From Naegleria gruberi (Eukaryota), in the NCBI GenBank assembly GCA_000004985.1, contig GG738852.1: a stretch of DNA of 64,000 nt; one strand, written 5' to 3'. The notes under the pieces were generated by a model that ran no database searches, was not told where the DNA came from, and saw nothing but the letters and a program-made list of their open reading frames with translations. Position numbers and translations under genes: made by a program. Shown here piece by piece: positions 20,026-30,871 of this stretch. Every line of letters begins with the position of its first letter. The first letter of the stretch is position 1.

Positions 20026-21135
20026 TTATTCTAAAGGTGAAATTGGACTAGTGACATAAACTAAAAAGTCACAATCTTTCAAACTTCCAGAACAGTAAGT
20101 TGCTGCAAAGTAAGCACCTTTTGGAGTTGGAGGAGAAAATGATAAATTGTTCTTTGAAATTTCAAATCCATAAATGAAATGAGATCTGACAGCATCTAAA
20201 AGTTTAGAAGCAACACCACCTCTTCTGTGTTCTTCCTTAACCCAAATTCTATTTACACCACAATAAACATTTACACTCCTCTTATCATCCCATGAAAGAA
20301 TTGATTTCTTGTCATCATATGCTGAATCAATACTTGTAGTTGACAAGATGACATCCAAATTATTTGATGGACAATTTTCATCTTCCACAAATGAATTAGA
20401 AAGAGTACTTTCATTCAAATCCTTCTTTTCCACAAATGAAGGATGAGCTTTACTAACTCTCTCTACAACTACACAACCCATAATTTCATCATTTTCTGTA
20501 TTAATATATAAAAACATGGTATGAGTAGATATTGAAAATGGTAATGTACATTGAAGTGAACTTGTATCAATAAATTCAACAATTTGTTCTGCCTTCTTAT
20601 GAAGAGCCTTAGGTGATTGAGCATTAATTACAATAATCTTATTTGGATAATCATCTTCCTTCACATTATCCTAATATTATAATATAATATCATAATAATG
20701 AATCAATCAATAAAGATCAATACTATTCAAATCATTGTAAAAACATACTTTTGATGTAACTTTGTATTTCATCAACTTTTTAAAAGATTGACAAAATTTG
20801 TTATGAACCTTTTCATCTTGAAAATCACCATTCATATAAACCATACCACATGATTTACAACGATTACTGGTAAAACTCTTCTGTCCACAATCCATTACTA
20901 ATTGTTCATACTTTTTCATCTTTTTAGGTTTACTAATTTTGGAGGAGGAAGGTGCAGAGAGTATTTCATGGAGAGGATCAGTGCACTTTGGTGCAGCACT
21001 CTTGGAGATGGTAAGCTTCTTACCTGTACCAAACGAAAGAGTAGCTTGTTTCATATTGAGAGAAGCAGCAGTTGTTGCTTTTTTTTTAATTTGAAAATGT
21101 AACGGATAGAAATTTGGATCCACCAAAACTGTCAT
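20026..21135 (-). CDS. ECO1: Eco1/ESCO-family cohesin acetyltransferase, 2 exons (21135..~20755 and ~20672..20026) joined by a GTATGT...TAG intron of ~80 nt
   Basis: Exon 1 has the Eco1-type zinc finger CKSCGMVYMNGDFQDEKVHNKFC. Exon 2 has the acetyltransferase motif GVNRIWVKEEHRRGGVASKLLD (compare Eco1 GISRIWV..RRKGIA..LLD). Splicing TCAAAA|GTATGT...TATTAG|GATAATGTG keeps the frame (..VTSK|DNVKEDDYP..). The ORF-track start at 21150 is TTG; the first ATG is at 21135. An N-terminal QATLSFG is a PIP-box-like motif. Confidence 0.7.
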
Positions 21136-21313
21136 CAAACGCCTTGCCAATATTTATGTGGTATTGATAATAAAACTTATTCATCGGAACCAATCAAATC
21201 AAATTCCATTATTTTCATCCTTCATATATGAATTTAATATAGCTTGTTTTAATTTTACTTGAAATGTTAGCTCCATCAAATCAAGCCTTCATTCAAATTG
21301 TTCAATTTCTTTG
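21136..21313. promoter_or_regulatory. Putative bidirectional promoter between Eco1 (minus) and PAK1IP1 (plus)
   Basis: 178-bp spacer between divergent ATGs. Inferred from position only. Confidence 0.25.
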
Positions 21314-22795
21314 ATGAAATTAAAAACAAAGCTTGGAAGAAAAATTTCCAGCAGTACGATAAAAAAAATGAAGTCACAATCAGCAGCACAAAAATTGAAA
21401 GCCAAAATCAACAAGGCTAAAGAAGAGAAGAGCAACAAGCAACAAGAACAACAAGAAAAACCTGCTATTGTTGCTCCTCCTAAAAAATCAACACCACCTG
21501 TTGTTGAAAAGGCTAAACAACAAGCTAAAAAATCAAAGCAAGAAAGTCCCGAACAAGATGTAAAGGTTGCTAAAACTCTTGTTGAAAATAATACAAATGA
21601 TAGCCCAATTCGTGAAGTAATGTTTGAAGTTTGTACAGGTTCATATGATTCTAGATTTGTCGGATTTTGTTATAGATATTTTACTAGTAATGATCCAAAA
21701 TTCGAAACAGTACTTGAATTACCACAAGCACAATTAATTAAATTCTCTGAACAACAAAAATTGAAGGAACAACCATTAATTACAACAACATTCGCAACAA
21801 AACCACACGCAGGAAGTATCAATCAATTATTATCAACAAAGAAATATGTTATTACAACAGGTTATGATGAATTGGCTTTAGTTTATGATTTAGTTACAAG
21901 AAGAGAATTGAGATCTATACCTTTACAACAAGGAAATATTCTTGATGTTGGATCATTGAAGGATCAATATACAGCTTTTGCTACTGCTAATGGTGTCATT
22001 TCTTTACACGCAGGAGCTAAATATTCATTCACACCAATTTGGGAAAAGGTAGCTCATAAGGGACCAGTTGCTAGTATTGCAATTCATCCTTCTGGTCGTT
22101 TACTTCTTTCAGTTGGTCAAAATGATAACAAATTGAGAGTGTGGGATATGATTAAGGGTAGTTTAGCTTATACAGTCAACTTGGGTAAACACAGTGCTGA
22201 AAGAGTTAGATTTTCATCAGCAGGTAATCATTTCTTTATTCATTACAGAGAAAAGGTTGTTATACATGATACTGAATCATTAGAAGTTATTTATACACTT
22301 GCTCACGAATCAAATGTTACATATTCAATTTATGTCGGTAATGATTATGTTGCCACTGGTACACAAGATGGTAAAATCACTATATGGGATTTGGAAAATG
22401 GTGAATGTTTACAAGTTTTGGATTTGCACGAAACTAGAATCAAATCTTTGGATGTTAAGGAAGTTAACGTTGGTGAATATTGTCTTTGTGCTGTTTCATC
22501 TGATGGTGGTTTATCATTGTGGCGTTTATATTTGTTGGATGAAGAAGTTCCTCCTGCTTTATTATTCTATGAAGTATTTAATGTAAGATTGACAAGTTGT
22601 TGTTTGTGGACTCACTTTGCTTCTGAACATCAACAATTTATGAAAGAACGTAAACTTGCCTTACAAAAGAAACTTGGAGTTGAAGGTGACATGCAAGAAG
22701 ATGAGATGATTGAAGATTCAGATTCAGATGATGATTATGAATATGTTATGGAAGGAGGTGAAGAAGAAGGTGATGAAATGCAAGATGATGAATAA
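21314..22795 (+). CDS. PAK1IP1: PAK1IP1/Mak11-like WD40 protein (ribosome-biogenesis factor), about 493 aa, with a Lys-rich N-terminus and an acidic C-terminus
   Basis: GRLLLSVGQNDNKLRVWDMIKGSLA matches human PAK1IP1 GKLALSVGTDKTLRTWNLVEGRSA. VSSDGGLSLWRLYLLDEEVPPALLFYEVFNVRLTSCCLW matches ASSDGFIKMWKLKQDKKVPPSLLCEINTNARLTCLGVW. The ORF-track start at 21311 is TTG; the first ATG is at 21314. Confidence 0.7.
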   Translation: MKLKTKLGRKISSSTIKKMKSQSAAQKLKAKINKAKEEKSNKQQEQQEKPAIVAPPKKSTPPVVEKAKQQAKKSKQESPEQDVKVAKTLVENNTNDSPIREVMFEVCTGSYDSRFVGFCYRYFTSNDPKFETVLELPQAQLIKFSEQQKLKEQPLITTTFATKPHAGSINQLLSTKKYVITTGYDELALVYDLVTRRELRSIPLQQGNILDVGSLKDQYTAFATANGVISLHAGAKYSFTPIWEKVAHKGPVASIAIHPSGRLLLSVGQNDNKLRVWDMIKGSLAYTVNLGKHSAERVRFSSAGNHFFIHYREKVVIHDTESLEVIYTLAHESNVTYSIYVGNDYVATGTQDGKITIWDLENGECLQVLDLHETRIKSLDVKEVNVGEYCLCAVSSDGGLSLWRLYLLDEEVPPALLFYEVFNVRLTSCCLWTHFASEHQQFMKERKLALQKKLGVEGDMQEDEMIEDSDSDDDYEYVMEGGEEEGDEMQDDE

Positions 22796-22832
22796 ACCAA
22801 TTCCAATAATCATTTTTACTATTTACAATAAT

Positions 22833-23177
22833 TTAATTTTTAAAAAATTCAGGATGTAAATCCTTATTAGGATAGAAAAATGGCGTTATCTTGAGTTTCT
22901 TTCCTTCAAATTCCTTCTCATGAAAAAAAGCTACTTGTTTTCTCAAATTTTTAGAAAATGTTTTAAATTGAACAACAGCATATCGGGTTTGTGTATTTTG
23001 TACCATTGTAATTCCATTAATTTGTAAATGTAAATTATTACTCGTCATGACAAAAAATTCCTCAAGTTTACTCCTCATCACTTGATCCTCTACAGAGAAA
23101 TTTTCGGGAAGTCCCTTCACCACAAAACTACACGGTGCTCGAAAAGTCTTTACAATTGCTCTAACATTTGGTGGCAT
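22833..23177 (-). CDS. Small hypothetical protein (114 aa), possibly RRM-like
   Basis: ATG-initiated ORF. It has weak RNP-like segments (FVVKGLPENF; RYAVVQF). No confident family assignment. Confidence 0.3.
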   Translation of the reverse strand: MPPNVRAIVKTFRAPCSFVVKGLPENFSVEDQVMRSKLEEFFVMTSNNLHLQINGITMVQNTQTRYAVVQFKTFSKNLRKQVAFFHEKEFEGKKLKITPFFYPNKDLHPEFFKN

Positions 23178-23369
23178 TTTTTTTTACTTTTTTTAGGCTT
23201 TTTTAAAACATGGCCAATTTTTTCAATGTTTTAATTTACTCAACCATAGATGAAGAGGAATTAAGGATGCAATTAAGAATTACAGATTTTTGTAACAGAT
23301 AGATTCAATTTCAAAATGGAGTCATAAAATGGATCTTGGAACATTGTTCTTCTTTCACCAATCAAAAAA

Positions 23370-23930
23370 ATGTCATCATCATCAGCCACTTCTTCTTCAT
23401 CAACATCATCGGAAAAACAATATTTGTGTGATGCAACCAAGTATTCTAAATTCTTCTTCTTCTGGAATGAAGAAACCTGTTTCTCTCAATGGGTCAAAGC
23501 ACCAATGAAAGTAAATGATCAAACCTTTTCAAATTGTGAACAATTCATGATGTATCAAAAGGCTTTATTATTCAATGATCAAGAAATTGCCAAGCGAATT
23601 TTACAATCCACAAATCCAAAGAATACAAAAGCCTTGGGAAGAAAAGTTTCAAACTTTAATGAAAAGATTTGGGAAGATAATAAGGTGAGAATTGTTTATG
23701 AGGGAAATTATGCAAAATTCGCTCAAAATGATGATTTGAGAAAGGATTTATTATCGAGACCTGATGTTGAATATGTTGAGGCAAGTCCATATGATAAGAT
23801 TTGGGGAATTGGATTGGAAGAGAAGGATCCTAGAGCAAAACAAAGAAATGAATGGCAAGGTCAGAATCTTTTGGGAAGAATTATTACCCAAGTTAGAGAT
23901 GATTTGATGATGGCTGAAATGAATAATTAA
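23370..23930 (+). CDS. NADAR-domain (YbiA/DUF1768-like) protein, 186 aa
   Basis: FFFWNEETCFSQW...FSNCEQFMMYQKALLFND...LGRKVSNFNEKIWEDNKVRIVYEGNYAKFAQNDDLRKDLL...VEASPYDKIWGIGL matches the conserved YbiA/NADAR motifs (F..W....FS.EQ.MM..KA..F.D... VEAS..D..WGIG). ATG at 23370. Ser-rich N-terminus. Confidence 0.75.
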   Translation: MSSSSATSSSSTSSEKQYLCDATKYSKFFFFWNEETCFSQWVKAPMKVNDQTFSNCEQFMMYQKALLFNDQEIAKRILQSTNPKNTKALGRKVSNFNEKIWEDNKVRIVYEGNYAKFAQNDDLRKDLLSRPDVEYVEASPYDKIWGIGLEEKDPRAKQRNEWQGQNLLGRIITQVRDDLMMAEMNN

Positions 23931-24908
23931 AATTTTAAAACTTGTTGTTACTCAGTTATTAATATTATTAGAAATTTCATCAATTCATGACATTGGAAAG
24001 GTTTAGTCCAATAATGATAAGCTCACCTGGGTTTAGTCCACATTCAGTATTGGCAATTTAAAGTCTTATGTTGAACAAAGACCAAATTAATAAACTCCTC
24101 CTAATAGCCATCCAATCATCATCATGTACAATTTAATTCTCTCTTTCCATCCCAACCAATGGAAAATTCAATATTCCAACCACACCACACCCCAAACTAA
24201 CAAATCTTCATCATCAAGAACACAAAGAATATCGGAATCATTAAATATGAAGGATCCTTTCTTGTTCTTCACCAATGCACTCTCATTCTAAATAAAAAGG
24301 AAGAACAAGAAATCAACTACTTGGAACAAACTAACTTTAGCCAACCAACATTTTAATTCTTTAGTTCCAATCACACCCAACAACACACAGGTTCATCATC
24401 TATTGAATACCGCTATCACAAGAAGAAAAGCAAAGGCTTGTTTTGTCTTTCAAAAATATTTTAAAAAACTTTACAAAAAAACGTTTTTCCGTTAGCTAGC
24501 TAATTGGCGCCAAAGTCAATCACTCAACCACCAAGGTCTTCATCTATCGTCCAATCAATTGTCATAAAAAAAACCGAAACTTTTTGCCTTGTCAAAACCC
24601 TTTGAAAACATCATTTTAACTGTCATTTATTATTATTACCTGACAGTTAATTAGAGTTGTGAAGAATCTAGAAGCGATATTCTTTCTTCATATCAACCAT
24701 CAATCTATTGAATATCATCACCCGATATAATATTATTTATTAATTATTCATCATCATTCATCAAATAGATTGTTATTCATCATCATCATCATAATACTAC
24801 AGCATATAGCAATAATAATATTATTCTTCTACTTCTACTTCATTGAATATTGGTCATTAACTTGTTCTCAATAGTATAAATAAAACTAAAGTATAAAAAA
24901 CTAAAAGG

Positions 24909-27128
24909 ATGACACTACCAAATAGATTAGGATACAATTCTAAACAACATGCTTTACAGAAGAGATATCTTCAACAACAACAGCAACAACAAACACTTGT
25001 TGCTGCTCATCAATTTGCTGCTGATCCAAATTATGCAGCACTTTCTCAACAACAATTAAGTTATGGAACTCAAATGCAAGCTAATCAATATGGAGCAGCA
25101 TTTAATAGTCAACCACATTATCAAGCACAACAATTACAAATGTTTAATAATCAAGCAGCTGCTGGTATGATGGCAAATCAAGGAATGATGCAAACTCAAA
25201 TGATGTCTCCACAAATGTCACCTGCCATGTCTCAAACAAATCAAATGATGCCTTCTCCTGCTCCAAAGAAATCTAAAAAGAGAAAGAGTCAAGCAGCTAG
25301 TTCAAACGATGTCAGTCAACAAACTTTTTCAACTCCAGAAATTCAAAAAAAGAAGAAACCTAAAAAGAAAACCGAAACTCCAGAAAATGAAGAAAGTTCA
25401 GCAAATATTTCTTCAACTCCAACACCACCTTCCATTCAATTTGGTAATTCAGGTATAATCAAATCACCTAAAGTAATTAAGGAAGAAATTACTCAAATTA
25501 ATGAAGTTTTTGAAAAGGCAATTGTTTCTCTAATTGACAGATTTAAAAATGTCAAAATTAGAGAAAAGACACATTTATTTGCCATTCAACCATCTTTATT
25601 AACTTATAAGGAAGAAGAAAAGTATAAACCTAAGGAAGAAGAAATTATTACAACATTTCCTTCAAATAATGCAACATCTAGTCAGGATGGAGGTACTGAA
25701 GAAGGATCAGCTTCTACTTCAGTTGCTCCACAACAATCTCTTTTCAATGCAACTCAACAAGTCAAGCTAATTCAAAATTATCCAGTATTTTCTGTAAATA
25801 GACAAAATGATGTATCATTGATTGATAATTCACAATCAACATTGCAAGAAGAAGAAAAGAGTAGAAGAAGATTATTCTACAAGGATGGTCAATCAGAATA
25901 TTTAACCTCAGAAGATGTAATTGATGAAATTGTTCGTGATACTGATTGTTACTTTAAGAGAGAAATGTTAATTCATAATGGATTGAGTGAAACTCAGAAT
26001 AATATCATTTCATTCCTTCACGCTAGAACTATTCAATTCATTGAAAATAATAGATCAAAATTTGAGAAATTCCTTTCAAGTGCTGATAATGTAACTCAAT
26101 TGACCATGTTTTTGAATCAACATGAAGAATTCCAACCACTCATGCATCAATTACGTTCTGTTATTGAACATGCAGGTCATATCTTTGAAGAAAGGACAAG
26201 AGAAGAAGCATCTTCAATTATTTTACAATCAGGTTCAACAGCTGATGTTACAGATGAAGCAATTGATCAATTCCAATCAACACAAGATGATATGAATCAA
26301 GACAAGAATGTAGCTCTCATTGAAATGACACCTAGAGATATTTTACTTGTTTTCCTTGGTAAAGATGCAAATAGTGAAAGACATGAAGACGTTACAACAT
26401 TCTTGGACAGATTCAAAGAACTTCAAAAGCAATACAGAGTAGAGTGTAGTTATATTGATGATGCCTTAAAGAAATGGCAAGAAACTTTTGAGAGAGTGTT
26501 AAATAATCAATCATCTTTCAGAGTTGTTAGTTTTGAGGAAAAACACAGATGTAAGAAATCACTTGAAGCTCGTTTTGGTTTAATGAAACAACTCTTGAAG
26601 GACAAGTATCTCACAAAGATTTTAAGTACACAAGAAAATACATTGATGAGATCAAAGAGAAGAGGCAACCTTCCAAGACATGCAACCAATGTTTTGAAAT
26701 CATGGTTATACTCTCACTTCCTTCATCCATATCCAACTGAAAGCGAAAAGAAAGATTTGTGTATGGAAACTGGTCTCACTCTCACTCAAGTTAACAATTG
26801 GTTCATTAATCAACGTGTGAGAACTTGGAGACCAATGTTAGAATCCATGTTAGATGGTGATCAAAAGGATAAGGCAACACCATCCTCCTCCAAACCTCAA
26901 GAAGGAAAGAAGAGAGGAAAGAGGAATCAACAATCACCAGTTCAGCAACAACCAATTCAACAACAAATTCAACAACAGGTTCAACCCCAAATGATGAATC
27001 CAAATTTAATGGGAATTCCAGATTCGATGGGATCTCCAAATTATGCCTATGCCAATTGGTCTTCAAATCAATATGGTGATCCAAACTTTCCATTTTTCCC
27101 TGGTGATGTAACAGATGAACAGCAATAA
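24909..27128 (+). CDS. TALE-class homeobox transcription factor (MEIS/KNOX-like), 739 aa, Q-rich N-terminus
   Basis: Homeodomain [59 protein letters not shown], with the three-residue TALE insertion (HPY) and the WFINQR recognition helix. Compare MEIS ..[40 protein letters not shown]. Preceded by about 1 kb of non-coding sequence. Confidence 0.85.
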   Translation: MTLPNRLGYNSKQHALQKRYLQQQQQQQTLVAAHQFAADPNYAALSQQQLSYGTQMQANQYGAAFNSQPHYQAQQLQMFNNQAAAGMMANQGMMQTQMMSPQMSPAMSQTNQMMPSPAPKKSKKRKSQAASSNDVSQQTFSTPEIQKKKKPKKKTETPENEESSANISSTPTPPSIQFGNSGIIKSPKVIKEEITQINEVFEKAIVSLIDRFKNVKIREKTHLFAIQPSLLTYKEEEKYKPKEEEIITTFPSNNATSSQDGGTEEGSASTSVAPQQSLFNATQQVKLIQNYPVFSVNRQNDVSLIDNSQSTLQEEEKSRRRLFYKDGQSEYLTSEDVIDEIVRDTDCYFKREMLIHNGLSETQNNIISFLHARTIQFIENNRSKFEKFLSSADNVTQLTMFLNQHEEFQPLMHQLRSVIEHAGHIFEERTREEASSIILQSGSTADVTDEAIDQFQSTQDDMNQDKNVALIEMTPRDILLVFLGKDANSERHEDVTTFLDRFKELQKQYRVECSYIDDALKKWQETFERVLNNQSSFRVVSFEEKHRCKKSLEARFGLMKQLLKDKYLTKILSTQENTLMRSKRRGNLPRHATNVLKSWLYSHFLHPYPTESEKKDLCMETGLTLTQVNNWFINQRVRTWRPMLESMLDGDQKDKATPSSSKPQEGKKRGKRNQQSPVQQQPIQQQIQQQVQPQMMNPNLMGIPDSMGSPNYAYANWSSNQYGDPNFPFFPGDVTDEQQ

Positions 27129-27143
27129 TTGTAAATAAATTTA

Positions 27144-29148
27144 TTAAACATTTAGGTAAACATTACAAATCATAATCCAAACAGCTTGAATATCTTCAGG
27201 ATATGTGAAAACTTTGACTCGTAACCCAAACCTCACTCGGTCACCAATACATTCTAAAATGGATTTAAAGTTCTTATGTCTTTGACATGTATTGATAATT
27301 CGCTTAGCAGATGTATGGTTGACTTGGATTGGAAATGCTCTAAAAGTATGTTTTGGAGGAATTATATTCTTAATGACCTCATTGAATTCGTTCATTAATG
27401 TGTTACTTGATGAATTGCTAACATGTGAAATTTCGTATGCCTGCAATGAGGTTGAAAGAACATAACTCAAATTATCATCCCATGATGTATTTAATCCAAG
27501 ATCTTTTCTCAAATCTCCTATTGCTTTTTTGAGGGTAACTTCCAAATCTTTTTCAAGTTGTGTTGAGTTCATTCTTGGAGGGATGAACGTCACCGAGTCG
27601 AGCTTCTTTACCAGTGATAATTTCATTTGACTCATACTCTTCCACAATGTTTCATTTTCCAAATCAAAGGCACAATCACTCACGTTATCAGTCTTTTGAA
27701 TATTTGCATAATAGCTGTTGTGGTTGAAAACACAACCAACGGTAAGTAATTTGTGTTTGTCAGAATGATGTTCGAATCTCTGCCCTGTAATACTATTCCA
27801 GAATGTAATTTCATTGTCTTTTGATCTTGTCATGACCCAAATTTTGGCTCCTTTTTCATCTGTACCAACACAAACATATGCATCCAAACTGAACCCTAAA
27901 AATAAGGAACACAATAACAAGGCATGATTTTCCACATCTCCTTTTTTCTTTGCCAAGAAAGCATGAGGACTCCACCAAATTTCCTTACTATGGAAGTTTA
28001 GAATGAATCAGGCATTAAAAACTTACTTTGATGTTGCTCCAACAGCACTGTCACTATGTTCATACGCGAACAGAGAGACAAATCTAGCAGCCTCAGAAGG
28101 AGAATTTATCATTCTGTCCGCTCTTAGTGGCATTAAAAAGCTAACAACAGGAATGCTGCTTCCGTCCTCTGTCTCTGCGTAGAGTTTCACAATTCTTCTC
28201 TTATGAGAATCTCTAATCTGACTGAATTCTTCAAACCATTGTTTGCAATACATATAAAACTCTCTTTCTGCTTGTAGATCTCTATTTCTTTCGATACTCA
28301 ATTGTTGAGATATTTCGTTGGCCGTCACAAAAGAGTTTGGTCTAGGAAGTAATTCCAATCTGATTTCCAAAATACCTTTTGAAACTTTTGATTCTATTCC
28401 AGATCCACCTCCTAATTCTATTGTCATTAAAATTACTCCTTTCTTTAAAACTCTTCTCCATTCTAGTCTGTGACCACCAATGTATTTTGTTCTTCCTTCA
28501 CTGTCCACTGAAAGAATAATGATATCAATAGGAGTGCTAATTTGAAGAAGGGCTCCAACACCATCATCAGCATCCTCTTGTTGATCTGTGAATACATTTC
28601 TAATGTTTTCAATTTCCAAATCTATTATAAAATCTTCCTCAAAAATTGGATTGCAACAACAAGACACAGGTTGTGATACAAATCGTTGATCCTTATAATT
28701 TAAAAAGCAAATCATCTTTTCATCAGTTTTTACATTATCATCATATTCCATGAAAGCATTTCCTCCTAGTAATCTCATATGTAAGATTTTGTTTTTCTTT
28801 AAATCTTTCTTTGCGTTGAGTGCAACTGTTGAATCCTTATTAAATACTGAAGTTTTGTTTGTATGTGAATGCAGAGATTTGATAATTTCCTCAACAACTC
28901 CTCTTTCCTTAAGTGATTGAAGAACCTTTTAATACAAATCGTCACCACAATGAAGAAATAAATAACAGCAATTATTGTATGAAACCTACATGCTCTTCAG
29001 AGTGCACATCATCCGATCGAGTCGGATCCAAATTCAAGTAATCCGAGAGAATTTCTCTTATCTGATTGTATACATCTTTGGTTCTTAATTGTTGGTCAAT
29101 GATTCTTCTCAAGTCTTTGATTTGTTCTGGTGAGACTTGTTTAAACAT
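27144..29148 (-). CDS. CEP76: CEP76 (centrosomal protein 76) homologue, 3 exons: 29148..28987, ~28921..28026, ~27986..27144
   Basis: Exon 1: LRRIIDQQLRTKDVYNQIREIL vs human LKQLIHQQLSKMDVHGRIREIL. Exon 2 (CEP76-C2 region): LRLLGGNAFMEYDD...NYKDQRFVSQPVSCCCNPIFEEDF vs human LQVLGGKAFLEH...HYRNQRFRSKPVPCACEPDFHDGF; also ELGGGSGIESKVSKGILEIRLELLP vs ELMGVGTESKVSVGILNIKLEMYP. Exon 3 (transglutaminase-like): NHALLLCSLFLGFSLDAYVCVGTDEKGAKIWVMT..ITFWNSITGQRF vs DHANLLCSLLLGYGLEAFVCVGTKAKG..AWVMT..ITFWESLTGHRY; C-terminus RVRFGLRVKVFTYPEDIQAVWIM vs QVRLAVRVRVFTYPESACAVWIM. Introns: GTAGGT...AAAAG (~65 nt) and GTAAGT...CATAG (~39 nt), both frame-preserving. First ATG at 29148. Confidence 0.8.
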
Positions 29149-29549
29149 TTTTTTGTACTTGTTTTGGCGCCAAACAATTCCACTCAAATACAACATCTAG
29201 CTTTGATTTCATCATCAGTATACAATTAATTATTATTTAATTGCAATTTGAACTTAAGTTTAGATTAGGAAACTTCAAATCATAAAGAAATAATCGCACC
29301 CAGTATTCGGATCATAACCATCCAATTTTTCAAATCATGTTTTTTATTGTTTTGTACCACGCCAAGTTTCTACTATTTTAGTATGATTGTGGATGGTAAA
29401 GCATTAGGAAAGTGGACGTACTTTTATTTAACCCCTCCTTCAGCTATCCAGTGCCCATGTAACTTCTCAAATCTATGATACATTCCATAGAGCTTTTTTA
29501 AATCTCACACTCAACCCTTTTACAAAAAACATTTTGAAAAAAAAACAGT

Positions 29550-30803
29550 ATGAATAGTCGTTTCTTATTAACTATTGTTTTATTGAGTGTCTTTTTATTG
29601 GCATGTGGTATTAACCAAACACATGCAAGAAAGCTCCCAAGAGATTCACTTGTTTACTATGAAAAAGTTGGTAATCAACACAGAGATTCAGTCATTCAAA
29701 GATTGCGTCAATTGTTCAAGGAATTATCTGATCAACAACAACAAATTGAATTGTTAGCTGATAGTCAATCTGATGATGATTTCCCATGTCCATCTCCATA
29801 TGTTAGAAAAGATGAAGATGTTAATGGTTTTGTTGCCAAACTTCAATCTATCAAGTGTTTAGATGACAAGTTGGTTGAATTTGATACTTATATCAAATCA
29901 TCTGCTATTTTGTTTACTGTTAGTCAATCTATGAAGATTATTGAACAATTTAGCAAGATTTTGTTTGTTAAGAAGCATGTCACTACTCAATTGATTAGTC
30001 GCTTGTCAACTCTTACTGGAAGTGAAGCAGTTACTCTCTTGAAGACTGCATCTGATTCTACATTGGAAAGACTCAAGTTATTGGATAATGTTAAGACTAA
30101 CATTATTGATATTCAAACATCCAAGGCAACTATTGTTTCTTCTCTCTTTGACGCTGAAACCAAGACTAAAGCAACCGAAAGTTTGGATCAAGTCAAGTAT
30201 CACGATTGTGTTTTCGGTTCTATCAGCGGTGATAATATCTTGTTCACTATCGATACTAGTCCTTCCATGGATTACAAGATTGCTCCAGATTCCAAATTCT
30301 CTCGTTTGGATTTCGTCAAGAAACATTTCGAATTGGTTTTGAGAAAGTTGACTCCAAACCAAAAGTTCAACATTGACCTTTTCAATAAGGATGCTAAATT
30401 GTTATATTCTGAATTCATTCAAGCAACTCCTGAAAACATTGAAAAAGCAGTTCAATATGTCAAGAATTCCATCCAGACTAGTTCTTATACTAATTTGGAA
30501 GCTGCTATGCGTTCATCCTTCTCTGCATTCCAATCCAAAGATTCTGGATCTAAAGTCGTCTACTTGTTGAGTGATGGTGTCCCAACTGCTGGTGAACAAA
30601 ATCCACAAGCTTTGATTAGAATCATTGATCAATTATCTCACTATTCCAATGTTAAAGTCAACTCAATTTCTTTCAATATGGGTAATGAATATAATAATAA
30701 GCAATATCAAGAAACTGACTTGGATAAGAATAATGCTGCTTTGATTTTGAGTAAGGTTGCTGAAGTCACTGGTGGTGTTTTCAAGCGTATTCAACAACTT
30801 TAA
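29550..30803 (+). CDS. Secreted von Willebrand factor type-A (vWA) domain protein, 417 aa
   Basis: N-terminal signal peptide MNSRFLLTIVLLSVFLLACG. vWA/MIDAS-like segment ILFTIDTSPSMDY...(DxSxS)...YLLSDGVPTAGE. Confidence 0.6.
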   Translation: MNSRFLLTIVLLSVFLLACGINQTHARKLPRDSLVYYEKVGNQHRDSVIQRLRQLFKELSDQQQQIELLADSQSDDDFPCPSPYVRKDEDVNGFVAKLQSIKCLDDKLVEFDTYIKSSAILFTVSQSMKIIEQFSKILFVKKHVTTQLISRLSTLTGSEAVTLLKTASDSTLERLKLLDNVKTNIIDIQTSKATIVSSLFDAETKTKATESLDQVKYHDCVFGSISGDNILFTIDTSPSMDYKIAPDSKFSRLDFVKKHFELVLRKLTPNQKFNIDLFNKDAKLLYSEFIQATPENIEKAVQYVKNSIQTSSYTNLEAAMRSSFSAFQSKDSGSKVVYLLSDGVPTAGEQNPQALIRIIDQLSHYSNVKVNSISFNMGNEYNNKQYQETDLDKNNAALILSKVAEVTGGVFKRIQQL

Positions 30804-30871
30804 ACATTATGTGGAATAGATTAAGTAGATTGTGAAAATAAAGCAATTTAGTATTTACCACAACTTGAATG

